Shown here: in pieces, positions 29,598 to 40,400 of the stretch
Layout of the letters: each line of letters opens with the position of its first letter
How positions within the stretch are numbered: position 1 is the stretch's first letter
The notes under the pieces: model-generated
The model's database searches: none
Told to the model about the DNA's origin: nothing
Seen by the model: only the letters and a program-made list of their open reading frames with translations
Assembly: GCA_944393725.1 (NCBI GenBank)
Contig: CALYBC010000001.1
Location: forward strand, 6,928-70,927
Origin: an uncultured Alphaproteobacteria bacterium
Lineage (GTDB): Bacteria > Pseudomonadota > Alphaproteobacteria > RF32 > CAG-239
Direction of reading: 5' to 3'
Length of the DNA stretch: 64,000 nucleotides
Made by a program: the position numbers and the translations under genes

Positions 29598-31228
29598 CTG
29601 TTGGCGTATTCTTTTATTTCTCCGGGGAAGTTAATATCGGTGAGTTTTTTCTTGTCTTTGACTTCTATGAGCTTCATGTAGTCGGAATGCTCCGCAAAGA
29701 CCACCCTCATATCAGCATTTTCCGGAACAATCTCGGCCTGATTATACAGAGACTTGCTCCATAATACAGGATTGCCCTTTACCCCCTTATAGCTAAATAA
29801 ACAAACTTCTTTATCTTGGCCTTTGTCAAATTTATTGATAAGCTTATTGATATCTGCAGCCGTGATATTGGGCATATCTGCGGGCAATAATATAGCTCCG
29901 TCACAAGTTGACGGCATGGATTTAAGTCCTAAACTTATTGATGTGCCAATTCCCATGGTATATGAAGGATTGTATAGGATATTTATATCAAATTGTTTTA
30001 GATATTCTTCCATTTCCTCATGCCGATATCCGGTAATTACAAAAACCGGACGTGCTTGTGATGATATCGCCGCTTTTACCGCCGACATAAACAAAACCTC
30101 GCCTTTTTTGTTTTCGACTAAAAGCTTATTCGTACCTGACCTCTTGCCCTGTCCGGCCGCTAAAACAACAACACCTACTCTGGATTTGGCAGAATCGCCT
30201 TTATTAGATGACTTTATCAGAAGTTTTTCCTTGTCCGGCGAAAGCTTGTCTATATAGGACAACCAACCGGCCTTTTTTTGTGAAAATGTAGCTTCGGTCA
30301 TATGCTCGGCAAAAAGCGCCTGTTTGATTAAACCATCTATCGCTGATGTATCTACCCTGCCGTAAGAGTGCGGAACTATTATAACTTTGCATTTGCCTTT
30401 TTGGGCTATAATTAAGTCAGACGCCCCAACCTGCGGATAAGAAAAATTAACAATACCGTCCGTTGACATTTTTAGTCCTGCCGCCAGAGCATTATTATAT
30501 CCTGACGAACATAAAGGACTTAGCACAAATACTACATCAGCCTTATTACGATAGGCATCAAACAATGATTCGGCTAAAACATTCTTATCGTAACGGCTAT
30601 TTATTTCTTGGGTAAAGTTTAACCCTAAACCATCAAAATTACTCACTAACTTCATCAAAACAGCGGTAAATGATTCATTTTCTTCTAAATCGCCTACCAA
30701 ATTTGAATAAATAATCGAAACCCTTTTCTCTTCTACTTTTCCTATCTTAAGCAAGCTCTCATTGCCGGATAAGCGAAAAAGCATGTCATCAACTTCTTCT
30801 TCATGAAGTAAGGTTGGTGTTATCTCTATCTCGGCTATAATATCATCTTTTTTAACGACATTATACGGGGTTATGGTATTTAATATAAAATGCTCATTAA
30901 AACCGTTGAATTTATCTATTCTGGCCTCATCAGCCTTAAAAATTCCATCAAAAAGAGCTACTACTTTGCAAATGCCGTCATTATCGGTAAAATACCCCAA
31001 ACCTTCGCCGCAAACCCTTGATGCTATTTGATTTAACGCCACGCGATAGTCCATATCGCCGTCCTCGAAAACAACACCAAAGACTTTCTTTATGTCGTAT
31101 TTTTTTAGTATATCTATGTCATCGGCGGTTAAAACGGACCCTTTGATATAGTACTTTTCTGCCAATGAAACATTGCGACATAACCTGACACCCACCGCTT
31201 GATTGGTGTTAAATTCTCCGTATTGCAT
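29594..31228 (-). CDS. Fusion protein: N-terminal molybdopterin-binding-like region plus C-terminal MobA/MocA-like nucleotidyltransferase
   Basis: C-terminal VGVVVLAAGQGKRSG.NKLL...ILLPADMP is the MobA-like NTP-transferase signature. The preceding ~330 aa resemble the MoCF-biosynthesis-type domain fused to it in other alphaproteobacteria (recollection). Lies 28 nt after flgL with no hairpin between. Its stop overlaps the mrp stop in CTAG. Confidence 0.55.
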   Translation of the reverse strand: MQYGEFNTNQAVGVRLCRNVSLAEKYYIKGSVLTADDIDILKKYDIKKVFGVVFEDGDMDYRVALNQIASRVCGEGLGYFTDNDGICKVVALFDGIFKADEARIDKFNGFNEHFILNTITPYNVVKKDDIIAEIEITPTLLHEEEVDDMLFRLSGNESLLKIGKVEEKRVSIIYSNLVGDLEENESFTAVLMKLVSNFDGLGLNFTQEINSRYDKNVLAESLFDAYRNKADVVFVLSPLCSSGYNNALAAGLKMSTDGIVNFSYPQVGASDLIIAQKGKCKVIIVPHSYGRVDTSAIDGLIKQALFAEHMTEATFSQKKAGWLSYIDKLSPDKEKLLIKSSNKGDSAKSRVGVVVLAAGQGKRSGTNKLLVENKKGEVLFMSAVKAAISSQARPVFVITGYRHEEMEEYLKQFDINILYNPSYTMGIGTSISLGLKSMPSTCDGAILLPADMPNITAADINKLINKFDKGQDKEVCLFSYKGVKGNPVLWSKSLYNQAEIVPENADMRVVFAEHSDYMKLIEVKDKKKLTDINFPGEIKEYANS

Positions 31229-31256
31229 AAGCTATCTTACCTCCTATTGCTGCAAC

Positions 31257-32864
31257 TTATTTAAGATAGTTCAATAAAGATAAGTTCATTACATTGTTTA
31301 ATACCTGATATGAAGCCGCTAAAGAGTTCATACTCTCCATTAATTTAACCGTCGCTTCCGTTTTATCAACATTTTTAATTGAATAAGTGCTGTTTTCCAG
31401 TGTAGATGCATTCAATTCAAGTGTGCTTTGGACATTATTCATGGTTACATAATTGGCCGATATCTTAGCTATTACCAACGATAAGGTTTCATTGGTGCCA
31501 TTTGATGATTTACCATTATTGTCAATGGCTGACTGCAACAAATCCATAGCATTGTTGACCAATTCATTGACCTCATCGGCATTAGTAACATTGCCGTCTT
31601 CATCGGTTTGTATCATATTCCCTTGTGCAATTTGGCCAAAAGCTCTAAACAGTTTGTCAAACACACTGTCGTTAGCACTTATATCAAGTGTTATGGTCTG
31701 GTTTTCCGATACTCGGAAGGTCTCGGTGGCAGAGCCTCCGATATAATAGCTGTCTGATGTCAGGCTCCAGTCTTCTGATGCATCTATGGTTAAGGGCAAA
31801 CCGTTAAAATAGCTTTCATCGGCTCTTACGACCAAACTTCCATCGTCATTTATTCCCATAACCTGCATGGTCGGAGCAACATCATTACTGCCCTTAAAAT
31901 CAACAACCGTACCAACGGCAAACGAGGTGCTTAAGGTTATGGCCTTACCATTGGCTCCAACACCATTGGTATAGGTTGCATCTGCCGCAACCGGTGTGGT
32001 ATCGGAAAAGGTGATGGTCTTACCATCTGAAGAAACAGATTCTACAATATATGCCTTGGTAGTACCATTTTCGTCGGTAAATATCATGGTATCTCCGGCA
32101 CCAATCGTGTTAAATGCTCCTCTGACGTTCGCCTTGAGAGTATTATCCGTCGCCGAAAATGTCAAATCTCCGGTCGTAGCGGCACCGCCGGTTACTGCCG
32201 GGGTTAAAAAGCCTTCACTGGCTGATAAAGTGAATTCATTATCGGGAGCCGTAGCATCGTGACTGATGGTCAAATTACCGTTGACTTCTCCATTGGCGTA
32301 GCGGCTTGACAGATTGGCATTGGATGTCGTCGGATATGTAATATTTATACCATCATAATATTTTTGAAACTCTTCTAATGATGAAAAACCAAATTTGGTC
32401 GGAGCCGAAGATGATCCTGCTCCGAAAATATATTTGCCGGCCACCGAAGTGTTTAATGCGTCTGACAATAACGACATACCGGAATAAGCAACCATCTGTA
32501 ATTCCGATATTGCAGAAGAAACTTCCGTACTGACCGGTGAACCGTTTTGCAGACCGCTTAAGGCCGAAAGAGTATTGTTGAGCTGACTCTTAAACGAACT
32601 CACCTGATCTTCAACACTCTCCATTACCGTGCTCATACTTTCAATCGTGGTATTTAATATTATATTGTTATTGGAAAAATTTTCCGTCACTGCTAATGAG
32701 GCTTCCATATTAACAATATTAGACGCGCTCATGCCATAGCCGCCATAGTTCGCATATTTTATACCGCTTACTGCCTGATAGCTGTATAAATCGGTCATGT
32801 CTTTTATGCTCATGGTTCTGTTTAACAAACTCATGTTGTGAGCATATGTAGGAACTCTTACCAT
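31257..32864 (-). CDS. flgL: Flagellar hook-filament junction protein FlgL (unusually long, 535 aa)
   Basis: Follows flgK by 16 nt. Flagellin-like N-terminal (MVRVPTYAHNMSLLNRT) and C-terminal (SLAASYQVLNNVMNLSLLNYL) helices. Large Thr/Gly/Ala-rich central insert. Confidence 0.75.
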   Translation of the reverse strand: MVRVPTYAHNMSLLNRTMSIKDMTDLYSYQAVSGIKYANYGGYGMSASNIVNMEASLAVTENFSNNNIILNTTIESMSTVMESVEDQVSSFKSQLNNTLSALSGLQNGSPVSTEVSSAISELQMVAYSGMSLLSDALNTSVAGKYIFGAGSSSAPTKFGFSSLEEFQKYYDGINITYPTTSNANLSSRYANGEVNGNLTISHDATAPDNEFTLSASEGFLTPAVTGGAATTGDLTFSATDNTLKANVRGAFNTIGAGDTMIFTDENGTTKAYIVESVSSDGKTITFSDTTPVAADATYTNGVGANGKAITLSTSFAVGTVVDFKGSNDVAPTMQVMGINDDGSLVVRADESYFNGLPLTIDASEDWSLTSDSYYIGGSATETFRVSENQTITLDISANDSVFDKLFRAFGQIAQGNMIQTDEDGNVTNADEVNELVNNAMDLLQSAIDNNGKSSNGTNETLSLVIAKISANYVTMNNVQSTLELNASTLENSTYSIKNVDKTEATVKLMESMNSLAASYQVLNNVMNLSLLNYLK

Positions 32865-32880
32865 TGTTCAATCCTCCTTA

Positions 32881-35064
32881 TTATATCATCCCTAACAGAA
32901 CATCCAATATCTCGCGTGAGGCCGTAAATACCTGCGCACAGGCCGCATAGGACTGCTGATAAATAATCATTTGCGATAACTCTTCATCTATGTCAACGCC
33001 GCTTACTTGTGCTTCTTTATACGAAATTGCATCCGTCAAAGCTTGTTGATATTCTTGTGAAGATTGTACCGTATATACCTGACTGGCAACATTGCCAACA
33101 AAAGTCGAAGTATAATTGGCTATGGTCGTTGAGGTAGTAGCCATATCTCCGGATTGCTTGAAGGTTTGATTGGTAGTAAATACCTCGGCGAGTTGGTTGG
33201 CAATACCGTTTGAAGCTCCGTTAACAACATAGGCTCCCTTGTTGGAATCAAAATCAGGTACGCCGGCCGCTATCAGATTGGAATTTTCCAATATATCGTT
33301 TCTCACGCTGATTACCGAAGAATAACCGCAATTTGACGAAGCTATACCCAAATTGCTCAAAACTCCGCCTCCTGCCGTTTCGGCTATCTCCAACTGAGCT
33401 CCTTCCAAACTTTCAATCCGCAACATGTAGCCGTTGCCGTTAGAAATAATCGAGGCCTTGATGTGATTATTTAAATCAGGATTATTGTTAATTTGGTCGG
33501 CAATATCCTGAATTGTCATCGATTTGCTGATATTAATTGAACCATAGTTTAATCCGTTGACAGAATCCGAAAAACTCCAAGTAGTCATGGCATTGTTGCC
33601 AACGGAAGCCGTGTTGCTTACAACTTTGGAGTCATAGATATAGTCATTTTTTCCGGTGACAAAAAAGTCATTTAACCCGAAAAAGCTTGAAAAGCCATTC
33701 TCTTTGGTATCATAAATGCCGTCGCCGTTAACATCAAAACTGATTACGGCATCTTGTTGCTCTGATCCTGGAGTAGAGCCGGCTTCATCTATAATCGAAA
33801 TGGTATAGTTGCTGTCTCCGGTTGAAATAACCAAATTACCGCTTTCATTCATCGAAACCGTAGCATCAGGCAAATCGGCTCCGGTATCTGAGGTTAACCA
33901 TCCTTGCAAAGCATTCATCATTTCACTGATTGTGCCTTCCTGAAAGCCAATGCCCCCTACCAAAGTATTGGTCGCAACCTGTTTACCGCTATCGTCAAAA
34001 ATGACAAATCTCACATCACCACTGTCAATCTTGATGCTTTGCGAGCATACTCCGGTATTTTTATCGACAATAAAAGTAGAGTTTCCGGTCAATTCCGAGG
34101 GCATGCCCGGATAGGCCGTCCCCATGTTATGTACTTGATTAATCTGATTATATATAACATAAGCTAATTCGTCCAACTGGCTTTGCATAGACGGTAAGGT
34201 ATTGTCTCTTATTTCTATCAAACCTCCTATACTGCCGCCTGTAAGCTTTGAGGTTATATCGACACCGTCAACATAAATACCTTGGATATTGCCGCTTTCA
34301 TAGCTATTATCGGGACCTACTTGCGCTAAGGCTGAGTGTGATAGGCTGTGAACATCATTATCCAACAACATAACTCCGGATGTGGTCTGAATTACCACCT
34401 CGCCGCTGTCTCTGGTATAGTATGTTATATCAATGTAAGAACTTAATTCCCTTAATGCAGTATCTCGTTGATCTTGCAAATTGGCAACACCGTCTTGATT
34501 CAAAATAGAATATTTGACAATGCTGGTGTTTAAGCTATCAATCGTTTCAAGTAAAGAATTGATATTGCTTACCGCATCGTTTATCGCCATGTCGGCTTCG
34601 CCGCGAAGCGTTTGAATATTGGTCGACAAATAATTGAATTTATTGGTCAAATTCTCGGCTTCACTTAAAAGAGAATATCTGGCGGCAGCCGAAGTCACAT
34701 TGGTGGAAAAAGTGTCAAAAGCACTTTGCAATGAACTGACATTTGAAGCTATGGAATTGCCGGCCTCGGTTGTTCCCATCAGGTTATCCATACGGCTCAA
34801 GTATTCATATTGAGATGACATTGACGAGGTAATGGAATTTGATGATAAAAAGCTTTTTAATAATCCCTCATCTACCGTCCTTTGGATATTGCCCATGGTT
34901 ACCCCCATGGTCATTCCGGCAACAACTCGTGCTGACTGACTGGCCGTCTTTCTGGTATAACCTTCAGTATCAACATTAGCTATGTTGTTGCTTACTATCT
35001 CTAACTGTGATTGGGCAACCTTCATCCCCGATATTGATGTAGATATACTATTTAATAACGCCAT
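32881..35064 (-). CDS. flgK: Flagellar hook-associated protein 1 FlgK
   Basis: MALLNSISTSISGMKVAQSQLEIVSNNIANVDTEGYTRK rod/hook N-terminal motif. C-terminal QQSYAACAQVF..LDVLLGMI. Confidence 0.9.
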   Translation of the reverse strand: MALLNSISTSISGMKVAQSQLEIVSNNIANVDTEGYTRKTASQSARVVAGMTMGVTMGNIQRTVDEGLLKSFLSSNSITSSMSSQYEYLSRMDNLMGTTEAGNSIASNVSSLQSAFDTFSTNVTSAAARYSLLSEAENLTNKFNYLSTNIQTLRGEADMAINDAVSNINSLLETIDSLNTSIVKYSILNQDGVANLQDQRDTALRELSSYIDITYYTRDSGEVVIQTTSGVMLLDNDVHSLSHSALAQVGPDNSYESGNIQGIYVDGVDITSKLTGGSIGGLIEIRDNTLPSMQSQLDELAYVIYNQINQVHNMGTAYPGMPSELTGNSTFIVDKNTGVCSQSIKIDSGDVRFVIFDDSGKQVATNTLVGGIGFQEGTISEMMNALQGWLTSDTGADLPDATVSMNESGNLVISTGDSNYTISIIDEAGSTPGSEQQDAVISFDVNGDGIYDTKENGFSSFFGLNDFFVTGKNDYIYDSKVVSNTASVGNNAMTTWSFSDSVNGLNYGSINISKSMTIQDIADQINNNPDLNNHIKASIISNGNGYMLRIESLEGAQLEIAETAGGGVLSNLGIASSNCGYSSVISVRNDILENSNLIAAGVPDFDSNKGAYVVNGASNGIANQLAEVFTTNQTFKQSGDMATTSTTIANYTSTFVGNVASQVYTVQSSQEYQQALTDAISYKEAQVSGVDIDEELSQMIIYQQSYAACAQVFTASREILDVLLGMI

Positions 35065-35075
35065 GACACTTCTCC

Positions 35076-35528
35076 TTATAATGTCCGGTTAAAAGCCAAT
35101 GCATTGCGGTTATTATCTAACGGAGTGTAAGTTCCGTGCGAACCATACGAAGTTGCATTGGATTTGTTGGTGTTCTTGGCTATGTTAATGATGATGTCCA
35201 TAACCTTTTTACCGGCTTCCATTCTGGTTTTTAACAACAAATCATTGTTTTTTAGGGCTTTATCCAATTTTTGTGATAACTCCTTGAGCTCTGACTTGCT
35301 TTCATGCTCAAATTTTGCCAATTCTTCGCGATTTTTTATAAAAAACGCACTGGCCGAACGATAGGCCGCAACGGTCTTTATCTTTTGCTCATACAAAGCC
35401 TTAACCGTAGCAATGTCTCCGATTTCCAAAGCCGCATTTTCTCTATTTATTATCTCGCAAAAACCATTTACTACATTTTTCATATGGTCTATTTTTGCTA
35501 AAATTTCGTTTTCTTGCAATTCTGTCAT
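35076..35528 (-). CDS. FlgN-like flagellar export chaperone (candidate)
   Basis: 150-aa all-helical protein directly upstream of flgK/flgL, which are the FlgN clients. Sequence similarity judged only by composition and position. Confidence 0.45.
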   Translation of the reverse strand: MTELQENEILAKIDHMKNVVNGFCEIINRENAALEIGDIATVKALYEQKIKTVAAYRSASAFFIKNREELAKFEHESKSELKELSQKLDKALKNNDLLLKTRMEAGKKVMDIIINIAKNTNKSNATSYGSHGTYTPLDNNRNALAFNRTL

Positions 35529-35545
35529 CTTTACCTCCTTAGTTC

Positions 35546-35881
35546 TTATTCGGTTATTTCTTGCGACATGGCTTCTTGCATTTGCAATATGCCTTGCATT
35601 ACATAGTCTTTAACTCCTATCGTTCCGACTTTGGCCATTTCTTTGCCATATTCATCCAACAATAAAGACCGATAAATCTTTTCGGCTTCACCGCCGCCGA
35701 ACATACCATCCGTGGAAACACCTTCAAACATACTTTCCATCATTCTGGTCATAAAAAAGGCTTCAAAATCCTGAGCTGCCGCCTCAGCCTTGGCCTTATC
35801 GCTTGAAGACATTGCCGAAGTTGAAATCTGAGAGGGATGTTTTAATCCCATAATTGTGCTATCAAATGATACTGTCGTCAT
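35546..35881 (-). CDS. flgJ: Rod-binding protein (FlgJ N-terminal domain only, no muramidase domain)
   Basis: AAQDFEAFFMTRMMESMFEG...EYGKEMAK matches the Rod_binding motif. Only 111 aa. Confidence 0.8.
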   Translation of the reverse strand: MTTVSFDSTIMGLKHPSQISTSAMSSSDKAKAEAAAQDFEAFFMTRMMESMFEGVSTDGMFGGGEAEKIYRSLLLDEYGKEMAKVGTIGVKDYVMQGILQMQEAMSQEITE

Positions 35882-35894
35882 CGCACCCCTCCTC

Positions 35895-37025
35895 TTAAAT
35901 TACCTCAATCTCGGCTTGTAAAGCACCGCTGGCTTTGATTGCCTGAAGTATACCTATCAAATCTCGGGGAGTAACTCCCAAAGCATTCAAACCATCAACC
36001 AATTCTTGCAAATTAACCCCGCCGTCTAAAACCTGCATTTTGGCTTCGGTATCTTCTTCCTCATCAACCAAAGTTGTATTAAGAACGACAGTTTCGCCAA
36101 GGCTAAACGGTTCGGGCTGGGAAACTAAAGGAACATCGGTAATCTTAATGGTGAGATTGCCTTGGGCTATTGCCAAGCGGTTGATTCTTACATCCTTGCC
36201 GATGACAACTATGCCGGAACTTTCATCAACCACAATTTTGGCAGTCTGATCCGGTTGAACTTGCAGTTGCTCTACTTTGGTCATCAAATCAACAATTTTA
36301 TCTTGATATGCTGTCGGGATATTCAAAACTACCGTGCCGGGATCTATGGATTTTGCCGCGGTCGTGCCTAACATGGCATTAATGGCATCGGCAATACGAC
36401 GCGAAGTAGTAAAATCTGGATTCCTTAATGCAATGTTGATACTGTTCAGGCTATTTAGGGTAAACGGTATTTCTTTTTCGATAATGGCTCCGCTGGCTAT
36501 TCTGCCGGATGTGGGAACACCCTTGAGAACCGCAGAACCGGTATTTTGATTGCCGGCAGCTACTCCCCCGACAGCTATGGTTCCTTGAGCAACGGCATAA
36601 ACCTCTCCGTCGGCACCTTTAAGAGTTGTGGCTATCAAAGTACCACCTTGCAGATTTTTGGCATCTCCTAAGGCCGAAACCGTAACATCTATTCTGGAAC
36701 CTTGGCGCGCAAATGCCGGTAAATTAGCGGTTACCATAACTGCCGCAACATTCTTGGCCTTAATTTGACCGTCGCGAGCATTAACCCCTACCATATCTAA
36801 CATGGAGATTAAGCTTTCTTTGGCAAAATCTACCGATTTTATGTTGTCTCCGGTACCGTTTAGACCTACAACCAAACCATAACCTACCAATTGGTTGTCT
36901 CTAACACCCTCAAAATCGGCAATATCTTTTATTCTGGATACCGCTTTTGCCGAATTGGCAAAGGCAGAAAATCCTAATAAAATCACCGCTAATCCTAGTG
37001 TATGTAGTGTTTTACCAAATTTCAT
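35895..37025 (-). CDS. flgI: Flagellar P-ring protein FlgI
   Basis: Signal peptide, then RIKDIADFEGVRDNQLVGYGLVVGLNGTGD, the canonical FlgI N-terminus. Confidence 0.95.
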   Translation of the reverse strand: MKFGKTLHTLGLAVILLGFSAFANSAKAVSRIKDIADFEGVRDNQLVGYGLVVGLNGTGDNIKSVDFAKESLISMLDMVGVNARDGQIKAKNVAAVMVTANLPAFARQGSRIDVTVSALGDAKNLQGGTLIATTLKGADGEVYAVAQGTIAVGGVAAGNQNTGSAVLKGVPTSGRIASGAIIEKEIPFTLNSLNSINIALRNPDFTTSRRIADAINAMLGTTAAKSIDPGTVVLNIPTAYQDKIVDLMTKVEQLQVQPDQTAKIVVDESSGIVVIGKDVRINRLAIAQGNLTIKITDVPLVSQPEPFSLGETVVLNTTLVDEEEDTEAKMQVLDGGVNLQELVDGLNALGVTPRDLIGILQAIKASGALQAEIEVI

Positions 37026-37070
37026 TTTGCATATTCCCCAAAATCTGCATTATTAATCTAAAGTTTTATA

Positions 37071-37086
37071 TGCAAAATTCGTGCCA
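37071..37086 (-). promoter_or_regulatory. Sigma54 (-24/-12) promoter of the flgI-flgJ-flgN-flgK-flgL operon
   Basis: Minus strand reads TGGCAC-GAATT-TTGCA, an exact match to TGGCAC-N5-TTGCA, about 45 nt upstream of the flgI ATG. Confidence 0.8.
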
Positions 37087-37128
37087 AAAAAAATACGACC
37101 CTTAAGCCTTTTGCTTGTTAAGGGTCGT
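37087..37128 (-). terminator. Rho-independent terminator of the small lipoprotein gene, abutting the sigma54 promoter
   Basis: 11-bp stem acgacccttaa/ttaagggtcgt. One arm encodes the last codons of 37118..37345. On the minus strand it is followed by ATTTTTTTT, which runs into TGGCAC. Confidence 0.7.
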
Positions 37129-37345
37129 ATATGGGATCACTAAACTGGCAACTGTCTCTTGGCGACGATGGTTGCATTTTATTTATATCTCTTTTTACTT
37201 TCTGATACCTGCTCTCGGTGTTGAGCAACAGCCTTTCTCCTTCTTCCAATGTTTTGGCCGTGGCATCTAAAAAACTAGCTAATGAAGCACAGGAACTAAA
37301 AGTAAAAATGACAAACAGCAATAATAATATTTTTTGTGCTTTCAT
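37118..37345 (-). CDS. Small lipoprotein, unknown function (75 aa)
   Basis: MKAQKILLLLFVIFTFSS|C lipobox. Confidence 0.55.
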   Translation of the reverse strand: MKAQKILLLLFVIFTFSSCASLASFLDATAKTLEEGERLLLNTESRYQKVKRDINKMQPSSPRDSCQFSDPIYDP

Positions 37346-37403
37346 AATTTATAAATTTTAAGTTATTGCTTTGTATAATACATAATTATCCTTGCTTTTC
37401 AAT

Positions 37404-37434
37404 AAAAAACCTCGCCGTGCTGACGAGGTTTTTT
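37404..37434. terminator. Rho-independent terminator downstream of the RND pump gene
   Basis: Stem cctcg/cgagg with a 9-nt loop, flanked by an A-run and a T-run. Lies 20 nt past the acrB-like stop. Confidence 0.65.
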
Positions 37435-37454
37435 GTTTGCTTTATGTTATTGTG

Positions 37455-40400
37455 TTATTTGCTCTTGCCTTTCTTATCAAACATCTCGCCGATAATGGCA
37501 AACATCATCGGGACAAACAATGTCGCAACAAAGGTTGATAATATCATTCCGCCAACCATGCCTGTTCCTATGGAATGACGGCTGGCAGCACCGGCTCCGG
37601 TCGATATCGCTAACGGCAATACACCAAATGTAAAGGCCAGCGAGGTCATTACAATCGGACGGAACCTCAATTTTGCCGCCTCCACAGCCGCTTCGGCATA
37701 GCTTAACCCCTCTTGAACCTTTACTACTGCAAATTCTACTATTAAAATTGCGTTCTTAGCGGCCAAACCTATCAAGGTTACCAAGCCGACTTGGAAATAC
37801 AAATCATTTTCCGTACCGCGTAACCAGGTGGCAAGCAAAGCTCCCAAAACGGCGAACGGCACTGATAATATAACCACAAAAGGCAATGACCATTTTTCGT
37901 ATTGGGCCGACAAAATCAAGAATATCATTATCAAACCAAATACAAAAGCCTGTGTCGAGGCACCGCCGGTCAATTTTTCTTGATAAGCCGAGCCGACCCA
38001 AGCCAAACTATAATCCGAACCCAAAACCTCTGAAGCAACATCTTCCATTGCCTTGATGGCCTGTCCTGACGAATAGCCCTCGGCCGGATCCCCCAAGACC
38101 TTGGCAGCGGGGAAAATGTTAAAGCGGTTGATTAACTCCGGTCCGGTAACTCTTTCTACGGTAATTAAGGCCGACAAAGGAATTAGTTCGCCGGTGTTGG
38201 ATTTTACATATACATAACGCAAATCGTCGGGTGTGCGACGGAACTTGGCTTCCGATTGTACCGTTACCCTAAAATTGCGTCCCATATAGGTAAAGTCGTT
38301 AACATATAAACTACCGAATGTGGCCTGCATTACGGAATATACAGAATTAATCGAGACATTCATGGTGCGAGCCTTTTCTCTGTCCAAATCAATCCGATAT
38401 TGCGGCGTACTTACCGAAAATGTGGTACGAACATTGCTTAACTCAGGTCTCTTATTTGCCGCGGCAACAAACTCTTCCGTCTTAGCCATCAAAGCCTGTG
38501 ATGATTGACCGGATTTATTTTGAATAAATCCTTCAAAACCACCCGATGTACTCATACCCATTATGGGAGGCATCGAAAACGCATAGCCGATACCTTCGGG
38601 TTGGCTCATGCCCATAGCCGTAAACAATCTTGCCAAATAGCTTGATGATTGATCGGGCTTAGTTCTTTCATCCCAATTTTTTAAGGTTATGAAGCTAATG
38701 GCCGAATATGTATTCTGACTTGATGACAGCATATTATAACCATTAACCGTCAAGACATCCTCAACATTGGGATTGGCTCTAATCATCTCTCCAACCTTTT
38801 GGGTGAATTTCTCGGTTCGCGGCAACGAGGAAGCCTCCGGCATACTGTAAGCCATTAATAAGTTGCCTAGATCCTCGTTGGGAACCAATCCACTCGGAAC
38901 TACCTTAAACAACATTACAATCGCGGCAATCACGGCGGTAAAGCCTAACATCGCCGTTTTGCGGTGATAGAGGAAGAACTTAACTCCGCTTAAGTACCAT
39001 TCCGTTACTTTATCAAAGAAAGTATTAAACCACTTGAAAAATCCGTGCGGTTCTTTGTGCTCTTGTTTGATAATCAACGCGCACAGCGACGGGGTCAAAC
39101 TCAAGGCTACCAATGCCGAAATCAATACCGAAACCGCAATGGTTACCGAAAATTGCTTATACATTACACCGGTCATACCACCCAAAAAGGCAATCGGCAG
39201 AAATACCGAGGACAATACCAATGCCACGGCAACAACCGGACCAGATACTTCGCGCATTGCCTCTATTGCCGCATCTTTAGGACTTAGACCTTTTTCATGC
39301 ATCAACCTCTCGACATTTTCCAAAACAATAATAGCGTCATCGACCACAATACCGATGGCTAAAATCAATCCGAACAGTGTCAGTAAGTTTATCGAGAAGC
39401 CTAAAACATACATACCGGCAAAGGCTCCGATAATTGAAACCGGAACCGCCAATACAGGAATAATGGTGGCTCTGATATTTTGCAAGAACAGATAAACTAC
39501 CACAATTACCAAAACAACCGCTTCGAAAAATGTATGGATAACCTCTCTAATCGAAACATCAACGAACACTGTGGTATCGTAAGGGATTTCATAGGTTATG
39601 CCATCAGGAAAATTCTTGGATAATTCTGCCATTTTTTCCTTTACCATGCGGGCGGTTTCAAGAGCATTGGCTTCGGGTTGCAAATAGACGGCAAAGGCTA
39701 CCGCCTCTTCGCCGTTAAAGGTTGAACTTACGCTGTAATCCTGAGCACCAAGCTCAATTCTGGCAACATTTTTTAAACGCAACAATCCGCCGTCTTTATC
39801 GCTTTTGAGGATAATATTGCCAAACTCTTTGGCATCTATCAAACGACCTTTGGTGTTAACCGAATAAGTGTAGGGTTGATATTCGCCCATCGGCTGTTGC
39901 CCAAACTGGCCGGCGGCAAATTGCGAATTTTGCTCTTGAATCGCCGAAATTACATCTTGCGGAGTCAAACCATAATCCGCCAACTTATCGGGACTGAGCC
40001 ATATACGCATTGAGTAATCTTGGCTGGCAAATAACGAGGCACTGCCTACACCCTTAATGCGTTTAATTTCATCCAAAACATTTAACAATGCATAGTTGGA
40101 AACATAGACCGTATCATACTTTTCCGAGGTCGACCTCATGGTAACAACTTGCAAAATAGAATTTGATTTTTGCTCAACCGTAATACCTTGTTTGGTTACT
40201 TCGCTCGGCAATTTAGCTGTGGCCATCTGAACTTTGTTGTTAACATCAATGGTAGCTTGATCAGGATCGGTTCCGATATTGAAAACCGCACCGATAGTCA
40301 AATAGCCGCTTGAGGTGGCGGTAGAATACATATAAATCATGTCTTTTACGCCGTTTAACTCTTGCTCTATGGGGGCGGCCACCGTGTCGGCCAAAACTTC

